Notes under the pieces: model-generated
What the model saw: only the letters and a program-made list of their open reading frames with translations
What the model was told of the DNA's origin: nothing
Database searches by the model: none
Shown: piece after piece, positions 10,280-20,487 of the stretch
How positions within the stretch are numbered: the stretch's first letter is position 1
Layout of the letters: each line of letters starts with the position of its first letter
Source of the DNA: Anaerolineae bacterium
GTDB lineage: Bacteria; Chloroflexota; Anaerolineae; UBA1429
Assembly (NCBI GenBank): GCA_963675785.1
Contig: OY776562.1
Location: 2,784,001 to 2,848,000 of the forward strand
Direction of reading: 5' to 3'
Length of the DNA: 64,000 nucleotides
Translations under genes and position numbers: made by a program

Positions 10280-11311
10280 ATGATAAAAGAGCAGCGTATT
10301 CTATATCTTAATCCACGCGAGTTGATGCCCAGTCGAAATAATGTTCGGTCCGATCCCGGCGACCTGGCGGGATTAGCTGAAACGATCCGGGAGCACGGCG
10401 TTTTGCAGCCCCTGGGTGTGATGCAAACTGAAGAAGGTTATCGTGTCGTTTACGGCAACCGCCGCCGAGCTGCCGCCATCGTCGTCGGCCTGGAACGCGT
10501 CCCTTGTGTACTTGTCGAACCAATGGATGAGGCCGATATTCTCGTTCAGCAGGTTTTGGAGAACATGCAACGCCTTGAGCTGAACGACATGGACAAAGCG
10601 ATCGCTTTTGACCGCCTAGCGACTACTTTTGTGAATGCTGGCATGAATCAAACCCAAGGTTTGGAGCGTATTGCCAAGACACTGGGGCTTTCTGTCAGAC
10701 AGATTCAGCGCTATTTGCGATTGAACGCCCTGAACGAGTCGGTCAAAGAGATCGTGCGCTCTGGCGACCTTGGCGTAACCCACTGCCAGCATCTAGCCGA
10801 CCTAAGCGGCGACCCTCGTCAAGTCGATGCAGCCAAAACCGCCATCGAAGAGGGCCTGTCTGCTCGCGATTTGGCCAGGCTCTGCCAAGCACTGGCTAAC
10901 AATCCTAATATCGGCGCTTGGAATGCCTGGGAAATCCTCAAGCTGGGGCAAAATGTTCCCAATATGACGCCCCCAGCGCAACTAACAGAAGATCACCTGA
11001 ACACGGCGCCCATCCCAGAGGAATCGGATGCCGATCTTTGGGCAGATGAAGACGACGAAGATTTGTTCGCTGATTCTGCAGAAGGCTTTCAAGAGCCGCT
11101 AACCCATGACGGTAACCGTGTATTCAGAATCCACAATATGGATTCGTTTATGGACGAAGTGGAACGGCTAACTCAATGCGTTCAGGATGGCGATCTGCAA
11201 AAATTCTTGGATCAGGATCCCGTCAATCTGGTGCGGCTTCGTTTGGCCTCTAGGCAGATTCAGGCTTTGGCTAAAGCCGTTACCGCCCTGGAAGAAGCAG
11301 CAACCCTATAA
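10280..11311 (+). CDS. ParB/Spo0J-family protein
   Basis: LAETIREHGVLQP, YGNRRRAA arginine patch, ENMQRLEL, HTH (IAKTLGLSVRQIQRYL). Confidence 0.85.
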   Translation: MIKEQRILYLNPRELMPSRNNVRSDPGDLAGLAETIREHGVLQPLGVMQTEEGYRVVYGNRRRAAAIVVGLERVPCVLVEPMDEADILVQQVLENMQRLELNDMDKAIAFDRLATTFVNAGMNQTQGLERIAKTLGLSVRQIQRYLRLNALNESVKEIVRSGDLGVTHCQHLADLSGDPRQVDAAKTAIEEGLSARDLARLCQALANNPNIGAWNAWEILKLGQNVPNMTPPAQLTEDHLNTAPIPEESDADLWADEDDEDLFADSAEGFQEPLTHDGNRVFRIHNMDSFMDEVERLTQCVQDGDLQKFLDQDPVNLVRLRLASRQIQALAKAVTALEEAATL

Positions 11312-11313
11312 AC

Positions 11314-11340
11314 AAAAGCGGGGGCGCCAAGCGCCCCCGC
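11314..11340 (-). terminator. Intrinsic terminator of the dehydrogenase gene
   Basis: GCGGGGGCGC-CAA-GCGCCCCCGC preceded by AAAA (U tract on the minus strand). Confidence 0.7.
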
Positions 11341-11354
11341 AGGGTACAAGCCCT

Positions 11355-12383
11355 TTATCGTGTAGGATCAATAAGGATTTTGCAGGACTCTTTGGCAGCA
11401 TGCATCAGCTCCATGGCCTCGGATATCTGCGATGCGGGCATAATGTGACTAACAGGCGTGATCAGATCGACACGGCCTGTAGCTGCGATATCAATAGCCC
11501 CCTGAAAGTCTTCTTTATCACGATAGACACGAATCGGCTGGCGCTGAACTTCGCGGAACAGCAGATCGGTGATATTAATGGTAGGCGGCGTCTTGGGCAT
11601 GCCTACCTGCAAAATCTGACCGCCAATGCTAACCACAGCAGCAGCATTGTTTATGGTCGCCTGCACACCCGCCGTCTCGAACACGACTGGGACGCCAGCA
11701 CCATCTGTGGCATCAAGAATAACTGCCGCTGTATCTTGCTCAGCGACGTTAATCACGTCAAAGCCCAGCTTTTCGGCAATTTCGAGTCTCTTGGGGCTCA
11801 TCTCAGCGACAAATACCTTGCGAGCGCCAGCCAAACGGGCGACCTGCGCCACGAGCATACCCACCGGCCCCGCACCAAGGATTGCCGTGACATCACCCAC
11901 CTTGAGGCGTGAAGCACGCACAGCATGTACCGCCACCGCCAACGGTTCGATCAAAGCGCCTTCTTGAAGCGAGATCGAATCAGGTATGGGGCGTACGGTG
12001 TCCAACGGCACAGCGACATATTCACCAAAGCCGCCATCAGCATCGATACCTAGCAAGCCCAGTGTTGCACATACATGCGGCATACCATTTTTGCAGGCGT
12101 AGCAGTGACCGCACATCAACAAGGGGTTCACCACGACCCTTGTGCCCGGCGCAAAGGCATTGCCATCCGATTCCACAATCGTGCCAGAAAACTCGTGGCA
12201 GGCAATCAAAGGCGCCTTGGCCCGCGGATGCTTGCCAAGGTAAATCATAATATCGCTACCGCAAATACCACCATAGGCAACTTTGAGAAGGGCCTGGCCT
12301 GGCCCAGCCACAGGGCGATCCACACGCTGGAATTCCATTTTTTCCGGCCCTAGCCAAACTGCCGCGTTCATTTTTTCAGCCAT
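11355..12383 (-). CDS. Zinc-binding (sugar/polyol) dehydrogenase, MDR family
   Basis: GICGSD, CHE, CGHCYACxxxxxxxC, GAGPVG. Confidence 0.92.
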   Translation of the reverse strand: MAEKMNAAVWLGPEKMEFQRVDRPVAGPGQALLKVAYGGICGSDIMIYLGKHPRAKAPLIACHEFSGTIVESDGNAFAPGTRVVVNPLLMCGHCYACKNGMPHVCATLGLLGIDADGGFGEYVAVPLDTVRPIPDSISLQEGALIEPLAVAVHAVRASRLKVGDVTAILGAGPVGMLVAQVARLAGARKVFVAEMSPKRLEIAEKLGFDVINVAEQDTAAVILDATDGAGVPVVFETAGVQATINNAAAVVSIGGQILQVGMPKTPPTINITDLLFREVQRQPIRVYRDKEDFQGAIDIAATGRVDLITPVSHIMPASQISEAMELMHAAKESCKILIDPTR

Positions 12384-12487
12384 CTCTTACCTCATTTCAT
12401 AACAACATCAGCTTGCACTCTTGGCGTACAAATCAGGTTGGGGGCAGTCTATCACGCACAGATTGGAAGAACAACTCTCATAACGCG

Positions 12488-12844
12488 CTAAAAGATGTCC
12501 GTTACGGATATGTTATCCCCCACAACGGTCTCTGATTGAGCAGTTGCACCCGCAGGCAGTTCGAGTACGGCATAAACATGCCTGCATATCGATCCGATTC
12601 GCCAAGGCTTGAGGGAATGATCAATGCAAATGACGCGACCTAATCTGTCCAGATAGACCGCGTCAATAGAAAAGCGCATAAAGAACATGTGGATTGAACT
12701 GCACGGCACAATGAGCAAAGCTTCATCCGCAGCCAAAGCACCTCTGCCCATCAGCCCTTTGAAGCGAGGCCAGAAGCTCTTTGCTATCTCCACATTTTCA
12801 GCCAAAATCGAATGCCGTGTTACGTTTATTGCTCTAACTATCAT
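12488..12844 (-). CDS. DUF192 family protein
   Basis: KGLMGR, SIHMFFMRFSIDAVYLD, VLELPAG; last gene of the tad cluster. Confidence 0.85.
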   Translation of the reverse strand: MIVRAINVTRHSILAENVEIAKSFWPRFKGLMGRGALAADEALLIVPCSSIHMFFMRFSIDAVYLDRLGRVICIDHSLKPWRIGSICRHVYAVLELPAGATAQSETVVGDNISVTDIF

Positions 12845-12856
12845 ACCGGTTTTCTC

Positions 12857-13510
12857 CTAGAGCAATACAATGATCCAGAAAAGCCAGCCACCGGCAGCTA
12901 AGTAAGGCCCATAGGCCATATAGTCTTTTCGATCCAATTTTTGTGATATGAGCAGCACAATGGCAGCGATACCACCAAAAAGAACGCCTAACGCCAGGCC
13001 ATAAAGAATAAAGGAATAACCCAAAAGTGCTCCCAAAGCTGCAGAGAGTTTAACATCTCCCATTCCCAAAGGCCCTAGTATGGCCAACAACAGTGTCACG
13101 CCGCCACCAACGAGTATCCCTAGCAGAGAGTCAGAAATCGGTGAACCTGTTGCCAAATGCCAGGTCAAACCCAAGGCCAAAAGCGCCAAATTGAGCTGAT
13201 CCGGCAGTCGGCGTTCGACAAGATCCACCATTGCAAGGGCCATCAAGAGTGCTGTGGCTGCAAGCACTCCGGTCACGGCCAATAAGTTCATATCTGAAGA
13301 TAACCAGGGAGAGCGGATTTCCGAAGATAGGTACCCTCCCAAAAGACCAAAACCTGCAAAGATGAGTACTGCACGCCAACGCAGGAGCTTGAAACCCTGT
13401 CCGAGCTTTGCGCGAGGTATGCCTGTTATTGAATTCAAAGATAACGAAAAGGCTGCCAAGCACAAGCCTCCTGACAGGAGACCGATGAGACAACCCCAAG
13501 TAACAAGCAT
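12857..13510 (-). CDS. Prepilin peptidase (A24, TadV/CpaA-like)
   Basis: VDLVERRLPD, GMGDVKL, AYGPYL; multi-TM. Confidence 0.9.
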   Translation of the reverse strand: MLVTWGCLIGLLSGGLCLAAFSLSLNSITGIPRAKLGQGFKLLRWRAVLIFAGFGLLGGYLSSEIRSPWLSSDMNLLAVTGVLAATALLMALAMVDLVERRLPDQLNLALLALGLTWHLATGSPISDSLLGILVGGGVTLLLAILGPLGMGDVKLSAALGALLGYSFILYGLALGVLFGGIAAIVLLISQKLDRKDYMAYGPYLAAGGWLFWIIVLL

Positions 13511-13519
13511 CAGATTCCT

Positions 13520-15271
13520 CTAATCCTCTCCGGTGGTTGCACGGGGATCGTTGCGTTCCACGTACCAGTTGTCCAAATAACCCTCAAGTGTATTCTCAAC
13601 CTTTGCCCAGCGATCCTGAATCCAACCCATTGCAGAATCAAAAACACCTGCCTCGCGCATATCCGTCCAATAGGGGCGGATATATTGCGGGATGAACAAA
13701 AGTGCGGCAATGAGGAAAAACGCCCCAACTAGCCGACGCCAAGCCAGATTACGTTTGTTCCCAATTTTCTTGGGAGGTTCAAACTGGTCATAATAAGCTC
13801 GCACTCGCCCACCCGTTGTCGGTATAATTCCCAGAAAAGCTCCCAACAGACCCAGGTTCACAAGTCCTCCCAGGATCTGTTCGTTAGAAACAAGCTCGGC
13901 TGTGGGTAATCCCTCCCAGGACCAATAGATCAGCGCAGCCAGAGCTCCAAGTTCTATTCCCCAAAGTAAAGTCTTTGACCAAACACGAAGAATAGAATAC
14001 CAGACGGGCGAATTGGTGGGTTGCACTCGCCCATCAATGAATCCTAAAATTGCCCAGATTCCCGCCGCAATAGTAGGATAGATATACCAAGCCTGCTGCG
14101 GTATTGAGCCTAATATGGGTGCAGACCACAAATACCATGCAAGCCCCAGAATGCCTCCCCACAATGCCATGAAGAGGGCATGCAAAAGGGGTCGCCAGAT
14201 TTTTCGCTCAGCCGTAGAAGGCAAACTGAGCAAGTGCAGTTTGATCGGAATCTGCAAGACCTCTTGCGCACTGTTGCTCTCAACCAGCAAATTTCCCTCA
14301 TATTTACCAGGCAAAAAGTCGAGCTGATTCCCCTCTACTTTGATCTCAGCCTCTACCTGGCCATCATAATATCGCCCGGGATCGACCGAAAGCCAGGGTT
14401 GGTCAGTTTGTAGAGTGCCATAGAGGTAACCGTTGCCACTGCCCTTGGCAATATGAACTCGGCGCGTATATGTATTCTGGGGAAGCACAAAACCAAAATC
14501 GATCACAGAAGGATTGGCTTTTAGTTCGGGACGCTTGAAAAGCCCACTGGCCATTAAAAACCGTTCGAGGGGAATCCGACGATCTATTGCGGCAGTCATA
14601 CGCGCAGAAGCAGCGCTACGAGCTAGTTCTATAGCCCCTTCATCAAAAAGCCATTGCTCAAGGCTGCCATCTTCAATGACAAGTATGCCCGCTTCAATAT
14701 GAGAATCCATGTAACGAAGGGCATCCTCAATAGTCCATACTTGTCGGCCTACTGTCTGGCGGCCACCAAGAGGCTGAAACATAAAAGGCGTTCGGGTTCT
14801 CTCTGTGACGCCCTTGTTACGCTCTACTAGTAATCGTGTTACCTGTCCTCTACTAATATCATCGAGCAACTCGGTGTCTTCAAGTGCGGGCAGATTGCCT
14901 ATGTACGCTGTTACGCTGTCAAGTGCAACGATCGCGATCCCGTCGCTCTCATCTAATGGATCAGGGCCATCGTGAACAATGACGCCAAACAAAGCCGGGT
15001 CCATATGAGTAAATCTGTCTTGCACAATGCCTGTCAAAATACCAAGCTGCTGGCGCACCTTAGTTCGAGCTCGATGAAGAGTCTCGCGTTGCTGGCCACA
15101 AATGTCGACAAGAATGAATAGGCCTTGTACGCCCACGACGACAACATCGAATTCTTGTCCTCCCAACACCGGCGAGACAATGACATCATAGTCATCTATC
15201 AGTCCGTCGGACAGGATTCGAATTAGATTTTGATGCTTTCCATCCCTGACAACCGCCTCGACGTTGGCCAT
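13520..15271 (-). CDS. Multidomain membrane protein of unknown function (NERD-like N-terminus, Ig/BACON-like domain, about 5 TM helices)
   Basis: 583-aa ORF tightly packed in the tad operon; EFDVVVVGVQGLFIL; QPWLSVDP...GKYEGNLLVESN; hydrophobic C-terminal half. Confidence 0.6.
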   Translation of the reverse strand: MANVEAVVRDGKHQNLIRILSDGLIDDYDVIVSPVLGGQEFDVVVVGVQGLFILVDICGQQRETLHRARTKVRQQLGILTGIVQDRFTHMDPALFGVIVHDGPDPLDESDGIAIVALDSVTAYIGNLPALEDTELLDDISRGQVTRLLVERNKGVTERTRTPFMFQPLGGRQTVGRQVWTIEDALRYMDSHIEAGILVIEDGSLEQWLFDEGAIELARSAASARMTAAIDRRIPLERFLMASGLFKRPELKANPSVIDFGFVLPQNTYTRRVHIAKGSGNGYLYGTLQTDQPWLSVDPGRYYDGQVEAEIKVEGNQLDFLPGKYEGNLLVESNSAQEVLQIPIKLHLLSLPSTAERKIWRPLLHALFMALWGGILGLAWYLWSAPILGSIPQQAWYIYPTIAAGIWAILGFIDGRVQPTNSPVWYSILRVWSKTLLWGIELGALAALIYWSWEGLPTAELVSNEQILGGLVNLGLLGAFLGIIPTTGGRVRAYYDQFEPPKKIGNKRNLAWRRLVGAFFLIAALLFIPQYIRPYWTDMREAGVFDSAMGWIQDRWAKVENTLEGYLDNWYVERNDPRATTGED

Positions 15272-15283
15272 GTTCTACACTCC

Positions 15284-16648
15284 TCAGTGCCATCCTCCAC
15301 GCTTTTGTTGCTGGCGTTGAGAAACAGTTGGAGCAAAAGTATCGGGGGGAATCTCCACACCAGAACTTCTGAGCTTGTCGATGAATTTGGGAGGAATGCC
15401 TGCGGCGGTGTGGTATCCGATAACCTTACCTCCCTCGACTCCTATCTGCTCAAATGTAAAAATATCCTGCATGACGATCACATCGCCTTCAAGCCCTTGT
15501 ACTTCTGATATCTGTGTCACTTTACGGGTTCCATCTGAAAGACGGGCAAGATGGACTACCAAGTCAAAAGCTGAGGATATTTGCTCGCGCACTGCCCGAA
15601 GCGGGAGTTCCATTCCTGCCATAAGCGTCATGGTCTCAATGCGGTGTAGTGTATCACGCGGTGAGTTAGAGTGAGCAGTTGTCAATGAACCATCATGGCC
15701 CGTGTTCATGGCCTGAAGCATATCCAGCGCCTCGCCGCCACGAACCTCACCTACAATGATGCGGTCGGGACGCATGCGCAATGCGTTAATAACCAACTGG
15801 CGGATGGGTACTGCTCCCTTACCCTCGACGTTCGGCGGTCGAGACTCAAGCCTAACCAGATGGTCTTGATCCAATTGCAGCTCGGCCGCATCCTCAATCG
15901 TTACAATGCGCTCTCTCTCAGGGATAAAGTTGGAAAGTATGTTCAAGAACGTCGTTTTGCCGGTAGATGTACCACCAGACACAACAATATTGAGACGCGC
16001 CAATACACACGCCCGCAAAAAGTCAGCCATCGGTTGGGTAAGTGTATTCAAGCGTATGAGGTCATCCGCTGAGTGAATGGCATGAATGAACTTGCGGATG
16101 CTGATAGCTGGTCCAACCAGAGAGAGCGGCGGAATGATCACATTCACACGTGACCCATCAGGGAGTCTGGCATCGACCATTGGACTGCTCTCGTCCACAC
16201 GACGACCAAGCGGTGCAACAATGCGTTCGATGATTCGCATAAGCTCATCCTGATCATCAAAACGCACCTTGGTCTTTTCCAAAAGACCCCCACGCTCTAC
16301 GTAAACACTGTTGGGGCCATTGACTAGAATTTCTGTTACAGTTTCGTCATCAAGAAGAGGCTGAAGGGGGCCAAAACCAAGGATGTCAGCTACAAGCTGT
16401 TCATAGATCGAAGCCCGCTCAGTACGCGTTATTACAATTTGCTGAGAAGAAACTTCTTCAGTGAGAATCTGCTCAATGAGCCGCCTGATCTCCATATCAG
16501 ATGGACCACTGAGCGAGCTACCAGCCTCGTTCAATAAACGACGCTGCACCCGTTGTTTGATCTGTTCATAGCCCATAGGCGTACGGTCAAACCCACCAGG
16601 GCCATAGTCGGACCCAACACGGGGTGTCGTTCGTGATCTAGTCACCAT
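15284..16648 (-). CDS. cpaF: Tad pilus assembly ATPase
   Basis: [43 protein letters not shown]. Confidence 0.95.
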   Translation of the reverse strand: MVTRSRTTPRVGSDYGPGGFDRTPMGYEQIKQRVQRRLLNEAGSSLSGPSDMEIRRLIEQILTEEVSSQQIVITRTERASIYEQLVADILGFGPLQPLLDDETVTEILVNGPNSVYVERGGLLEKTKVRFDDQDELMRIIERIVAPLGRRVDESSPMVDARLPDGSRVNVIIPPLSLVGPAISIRKFIHAIHSADDLIRLNTLTQPMADFLRACVLARLNIVVSGGTSTGKTTFLNILSNFIPERERIVTIEDAAELQLDQDHLVRLESRPPNVEGKGAVPIRQLVINALRMRPDRIIVGEVRGGEALDMLQAMNTGHDGSLTTAHSNSPRDTLHRIETMTLMAGMELPLRAVREQISSAFDLVVHLARLSDGTRKVTQISEVQGLEGDVIVMQDIFTFEQIGVEGGKVIGYHTAAGIPPKFIDKLRSSGVEIPPDTFAPTVSQRQQQKRGGWH

Positions 16649-16664
16649 ATCTTATTTTCCCCCG

Positions 16665-18521
16665 CTACTTGACCCAAAGAGGATCAGTCGCATCCTCAAA
16701 GTCCGTCAGTTGTACTACGTTACGTCCGTCCGAGCCCATCACATAGATTTGAGATGTACCATTGCGATTGGACCAAAACACAATGCGACTGCTATCGGGT
16801 GACCAGGATGGACGCTTATCCCATGGCCAACTGTTTTCTGTAAGGTTCACTGCGCCACTGCCATCCGGATAAATCACCCAAATGTCATCGCTGCCGGTTT
16901 CCTCACTCACAAATGCGATTCGGCTACCATCCGGTGACCAAACCGGGTCATAGCATAAATCGCTCAAACGCGTGATCTGCAATGCCGGCAGCTCGCCGTA
17001 TACTTCATGAACAGGCTGTGTCGTAAATATCTGAGCAATACCAGAAATACTTCGCACGAACAGATGGTATCGGCCATCGGGCGAATACATTTCGGCATCT
17101 CGTTGCGTCTCAATATCCGTTGTCAAAGATTTCCACGTACCGAGATATTGCAGATTCGAGCCATCTGGATCCATAACCCAATAGCCTGTCTGGTCATCGG
17201 ATGTGCCCGTAAAGATGATTTTGCCAACATACGAACTAATCGGTTTTGGCGTAGGTATAGCAGTAGCCACGGGCACATAAACCGGAACAGGCGTTGCCGA
17301 GGGCACCGGTGTGGTAGTAGGTGTAGGGCTGGGCGTAATATAGGGGGCAATTTGAACGAGCAACCCCGTTGCATAGGTCACATCGACACCTGGCAGCAGG
17401 GATGCACGGCGATACAGCTCGTAGGCCGTATAAATGTCGCCTTGCCCAGCGATAGTATCAGCGGCCCGGATGTAGGATTCATAAAGCGCTGGCTGTAATA
17501 GAGAACCACCATATTCGGCATCTTGCTGGTAAACGGTCTCCAGCTGACGATAGGCATTGCTCCAATCGCCTCCCTGGTAATAATCCCAGCCTGATAAGAA
17601 TGTGGTTGCCAGGCTTTTTTCAAGCACGATCTCTGTATCGCGCGGTTTGATGGAAAGTGCTTCGCCAAAGTAATCGAGAGCCAAGGAGACATCCGCAAGT
17701 GAAACCTCCTCAGCATGAACCGCCTCAAGCCCTAGCTGAGAATAAAGATCAAACAAACGAGATTGAACTGTATCTTGTTCATAATCCACATTGACCGTTT
17801 GAAGCTGTTCGTAGAGGTCCAGAGCAACTGTGGCATCGCCAGAAGCATAAGATTCTTCGGCCTGTGTAAAAAGATCAGATAGTTCAACTTCTTTGCGAAT
17901 GGAGGTAATACGTGTGCTGACATCCTTGTAACCCGGGCTCGTCAAAGAAATATCGGTGAGAGCGGCAAGGGCCCCAGCCAAATCCCCTTGTTCCTCCAGG
18001 GTAATTGCCTGAGCATACAACGCAGCAATCTCACGCTGCCGGGCTATCTCGGCAAGAGTGTTTGTAGCCTGTTCATTTCCAGGATCTTGCTCCAGATACT
18101 GATTAAAAAGCTCTTCGGCGTTGTCCCAGTCGCCACTTTCGTAATAGTTTTGGGCTTCATCCAGCATATTCTGGAGATCTTGTTGACCCTGCGCCTCTGT
18201 TACAGCCGGAATAACACGTTCTTGCACATACTTGTAGCCATACCATAGGCCCAGGCTCACAGCGCCAACGATGAGCACAATCGTGACAATTCTGCGCCAG
18301 GGAACGGAGACCTGGCGAGCCTTGATGGTTTGGGAGCCGCTGAGCTGAGCCTTGAAACGGGCCTCGTCCAACAAGTCCGTTATACGCTTATCTTGAGGAT
18401 CCTGCTTGATCAGTTCCTCTAAATCCTGAATCGCGCTGGCCCAATCACCAGATTGAAATGCCCGCAGTGCACGAGCATATTGCTCGTCAAACCGCTCTTG
18501 AGAGCGTTCACTCTCTGCCAT
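16665..18521 (-). CDS. Membrane-anchored TPR + TolB-like (PD40) beta-propeller protein
   Basis: Single TM, TPR helices, PT-rich linker, repeated WSPDGS motifs. Confidence 0.8.
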   Translation of the reverse strand: MAESERSQERFDEQYARALRAFQSGDWASAIQDLEELIKQDPQDKRITDLLDEARFKAQLSGSQTIKARQVSVPWRRIVTIVLIVGAVSLGLWYGYKYVQERVIPAVTEAQGQQDLQNMLDEAQNYYESGDWDNAEELFNQYLEQDPGNEQATNTLAEIARQREIAALYAQAITLEEQGDLAGALAALTDISLTSPGYKDVSTRITSIRKEVELSDLFTQAEESYASGDATVALDLYEQLQTVNVDYEQDTVQSRLFDLYSQLGLEAVHAEEVSLADVSLALDYFGEALSIKPRDTEIVLEKSLATTFLSGWDYYQGGDWSNAYRQLETVYQQDAEYGGSLLQPALYESYIRAADTIAGQGDIYTAYELYRRASLLPGVDVTYATGLLVQIAPYITPSPTPTTTPVPSATPVPVYVPVATAIPTPKPISSYVGKIIFTGTSDDQTGYWVMDPDGSNLQYLGTWKSLTTDIETQRDAEMYSPDGRYHLFVRSISGIAQIFTTQPVHEVYGELPALQITRLSDLCYDPVWSPDGSRIAFVSEETGSDDIWVIYPDGSGAVNLTENSWPWDKRPSWSPDSSRIVFWSNRNGTSQIYVMGSDGRNVVQLTDFEDATDPLWVK

Positions 18522-18548
18522 ATTCTGCTCTCCAAAATTGGTGCGTTA

Positions 18549-19514
18549 TCATCCTGACATCCCCTGCAATGCTCCGAGAATTGGTGGGATGGCCGGGCCG
18601 AGAATGACCACGAACAGTGATGGAAGCTCAAAAAAGACGAGTGGAAACACCATCTTGACCGAAGCCTGCCGCGCCAGTTCTTCGGAACGCTGACGTCTCT
18701 TGATTCGCATCTGCGCCGATTGCGAGCGCAACACATCGGCAATGCTTACGCCCAACTGGTTAGACTGCACCAGTACAGCGACAAAAGCAGAAAGATCCGG
18801 CACATCCACACGCTCAGCCATACTGACCAGTGCGTCCTCTCGCGACACGCCATATTGCATGTCAGCAAGCGAGCGGCGTAGCTCCACCGTCAATGCGTTA
18901 TCCCACTGGCCGCAAACGCGGATAAGTGCAGCCTCAAAAGAAAGTCCCGCCTCTACGCCAATCGTCAACATGTCTAGGGCATCGGGCAGCGCCCGGGCAA
19001 TGTCATGCCTACGACCGTTGGCCTTTCCTCGAAGAACAAAGATTGGCATCAGATACCCCAGTGCCACCAACATGAGGCCATTCCGCAACAAAATGCTGGT
19101 ATCCTGGCTGGAGCCGAATAGGATGAAATAGCCTACGCCCGCCACTGCGGCAATCAGCAAACGAAGTCCGGTAAAGTCCAATCCTGTGAGATTCATGGGA
19201 GAGCCTGCAGCCCGTAAGAGTGACTCTGATTCTTCAAGCCCCTGTTTGGGTGCAAAACGCGAGAAGAACCGAAGCATACTGCGAAAAGCTGGAATAACGA
19301 CCCTTTTTACAAATGGCTCATCAAAGTTCTCGCTCTTTTCGGGAAGAGCTGCCGGATTCCCATAATCTTTGAGCCGCTCGCTAGGCGCTCGGCTCGATGG
19401 GGACATGGACAACCACAAAAAGAGGACCGCCAGGAACGCCAAAATCCCAAACACATAAGGCGCAATATACTGTATTGTCGCAACCGTAATCGGGTCAAGA
19501 TTTAATCCCAACAT
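18549..19514 (-). CDS. tadC: Tad pilus platform protein TadC (T2SSF family)
   Basis: LPDALDMLTIGVEAGLSF, QSNQLGVSI, VKMVFPLV. Confidence 0.9.
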   Translation of the reverse strand: MLGLNLDPITVATIQYIAPYVFGILAFLAVLFLWLSMSPSSRAPSERLKDYGNPAALPEKSENFDEPFVKRVVIPAFRSMLRFFSRFAPKQGLEESESLLRAAGSPMNLTGLDFTGLRLLIAAVAGVGYFILFGSSQDTSILLRNGLMLVALGYLMPIFVLRGKANGRRHDIARALPDALDMLTIGVEAGLSFEAALIRVCGQWDNALTVELRRSLADMQYGVSREDALVSMAERVDVPDLSAFVAVLVQSNQLGVSIADVLRSQSAQMRIKRRQRSEELARQASVKMVFPLVFFELPSLFVVILGPAIPPILGALQGMSG

Positions 19515-19516
19515 CG

Positions 19517-20467
19517 CTAAACCTCGATATCCACGATGCGTCGAATCAACAAAAAGCCCGTCCCCTGCATCACCAGTGCAAAGATCCCTATCATCATGAG
19601 GATGGGCTCTGTCGTAAATCCAGAAACATAGTCCGGACTGACGATAAACAGAAACAGGAAAACCATCATGGGCAAACCGGCCAGCATATAGCCCGTTAAT
19701 CGTTGCTGTGCTGTAAGAGATCGTATTTCGCGCTTCATACGGATTCGATCAGTCACTGTATCGCCAATGTTTTCGAGCGTCTCGGCAAGGTTACCGCCCA
19801 TCTCGTATTGCACAGTGATGGCCGTCACCACCAAGTCGATATCGTCTGTTTGAACGCGGTCCGTCATCTCTTCCAGTGCTTGCTGAACGGGAATACCCAG
19901 TGCAACAGAGCGAATAACGCGGCTGAATTCCTCAGAAGCTGGGGCTTCAACCTGGTCGACCACCATCTCTAGTGCCTGAGTAAGGCCATAGCCCGCACGA
20001 AGCGCACTGACAAGCAACGTAAGCACGTTTGGCAATTGTTCTGTGAGAGCGCGTTTTCTCTTGGAGATGCGGGAACGAACCATCACAACGGGCACTACCG
20101 CAAGAATTATCCCCACAACCAACCCGACAAGAGCTCCATTGATCACAGTACCAAGTACCAAGCCCAAAACACCAAGCCCTATAATGATGAGCACGTATTC
20201 AGCGGCAGTCAATGATACGCCTGCCGTCGAAAGTTGGGTGGCAATATTTGCACCTATGCTGGATCGGCCGTTGCCATAACGCCTTTTACGGGCCCGTGCA
20301 GATGCGCGGGAATTATCCTCAACCGCCGCCACGAAATTAGAAGAGCGTCCGTACTCTGACAGACGATCCGAAGCCTGTTCACGCGTGCGCACAAACTGCC
20401 AAACGGCCATGAACATGGCCAAAACGGCAATCAAAATCAACAAAGCAAATGTCAACGGGCTCGCCAT
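19517..20467 (-). CDS. tadB: Tad pilus platform protein TadB
   Basis: EQLPNVL, ALRAGYGL, EMGGNLAE, LTAQQRL. Confidence 0.9.
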   Translation of the reverse strand: MASPLTFALLILIAVLAMFMAVWQFVRTREQASDRLSEYGRSSNFVAAVEDNSRASARARKRRYGNGRSSIGANIATQLSTAGVSLTAAEYVLIIIGLGVLGLVLGTVINGALVGLVVGIILAVVPVVMVRSRISKRKRALTEQLPNVLTLLVSALRAGYGLTQALEMVVDQVEAPASEEFSRVIRSVALGIPVQQALEEMTDRVQTDDIDLVVTAITVQYEMGGNLAETLENIGDTVTDRIRMKREIRSLTAQQRLTGYMLAGLPMMVFLFLFIVSPDYVSGFTTEPILMMIGIFALVMQGTGFLLIRRIVDIEV

Positions 20468-20487
20468 CGTTGTGCAATCCTTTCCCG

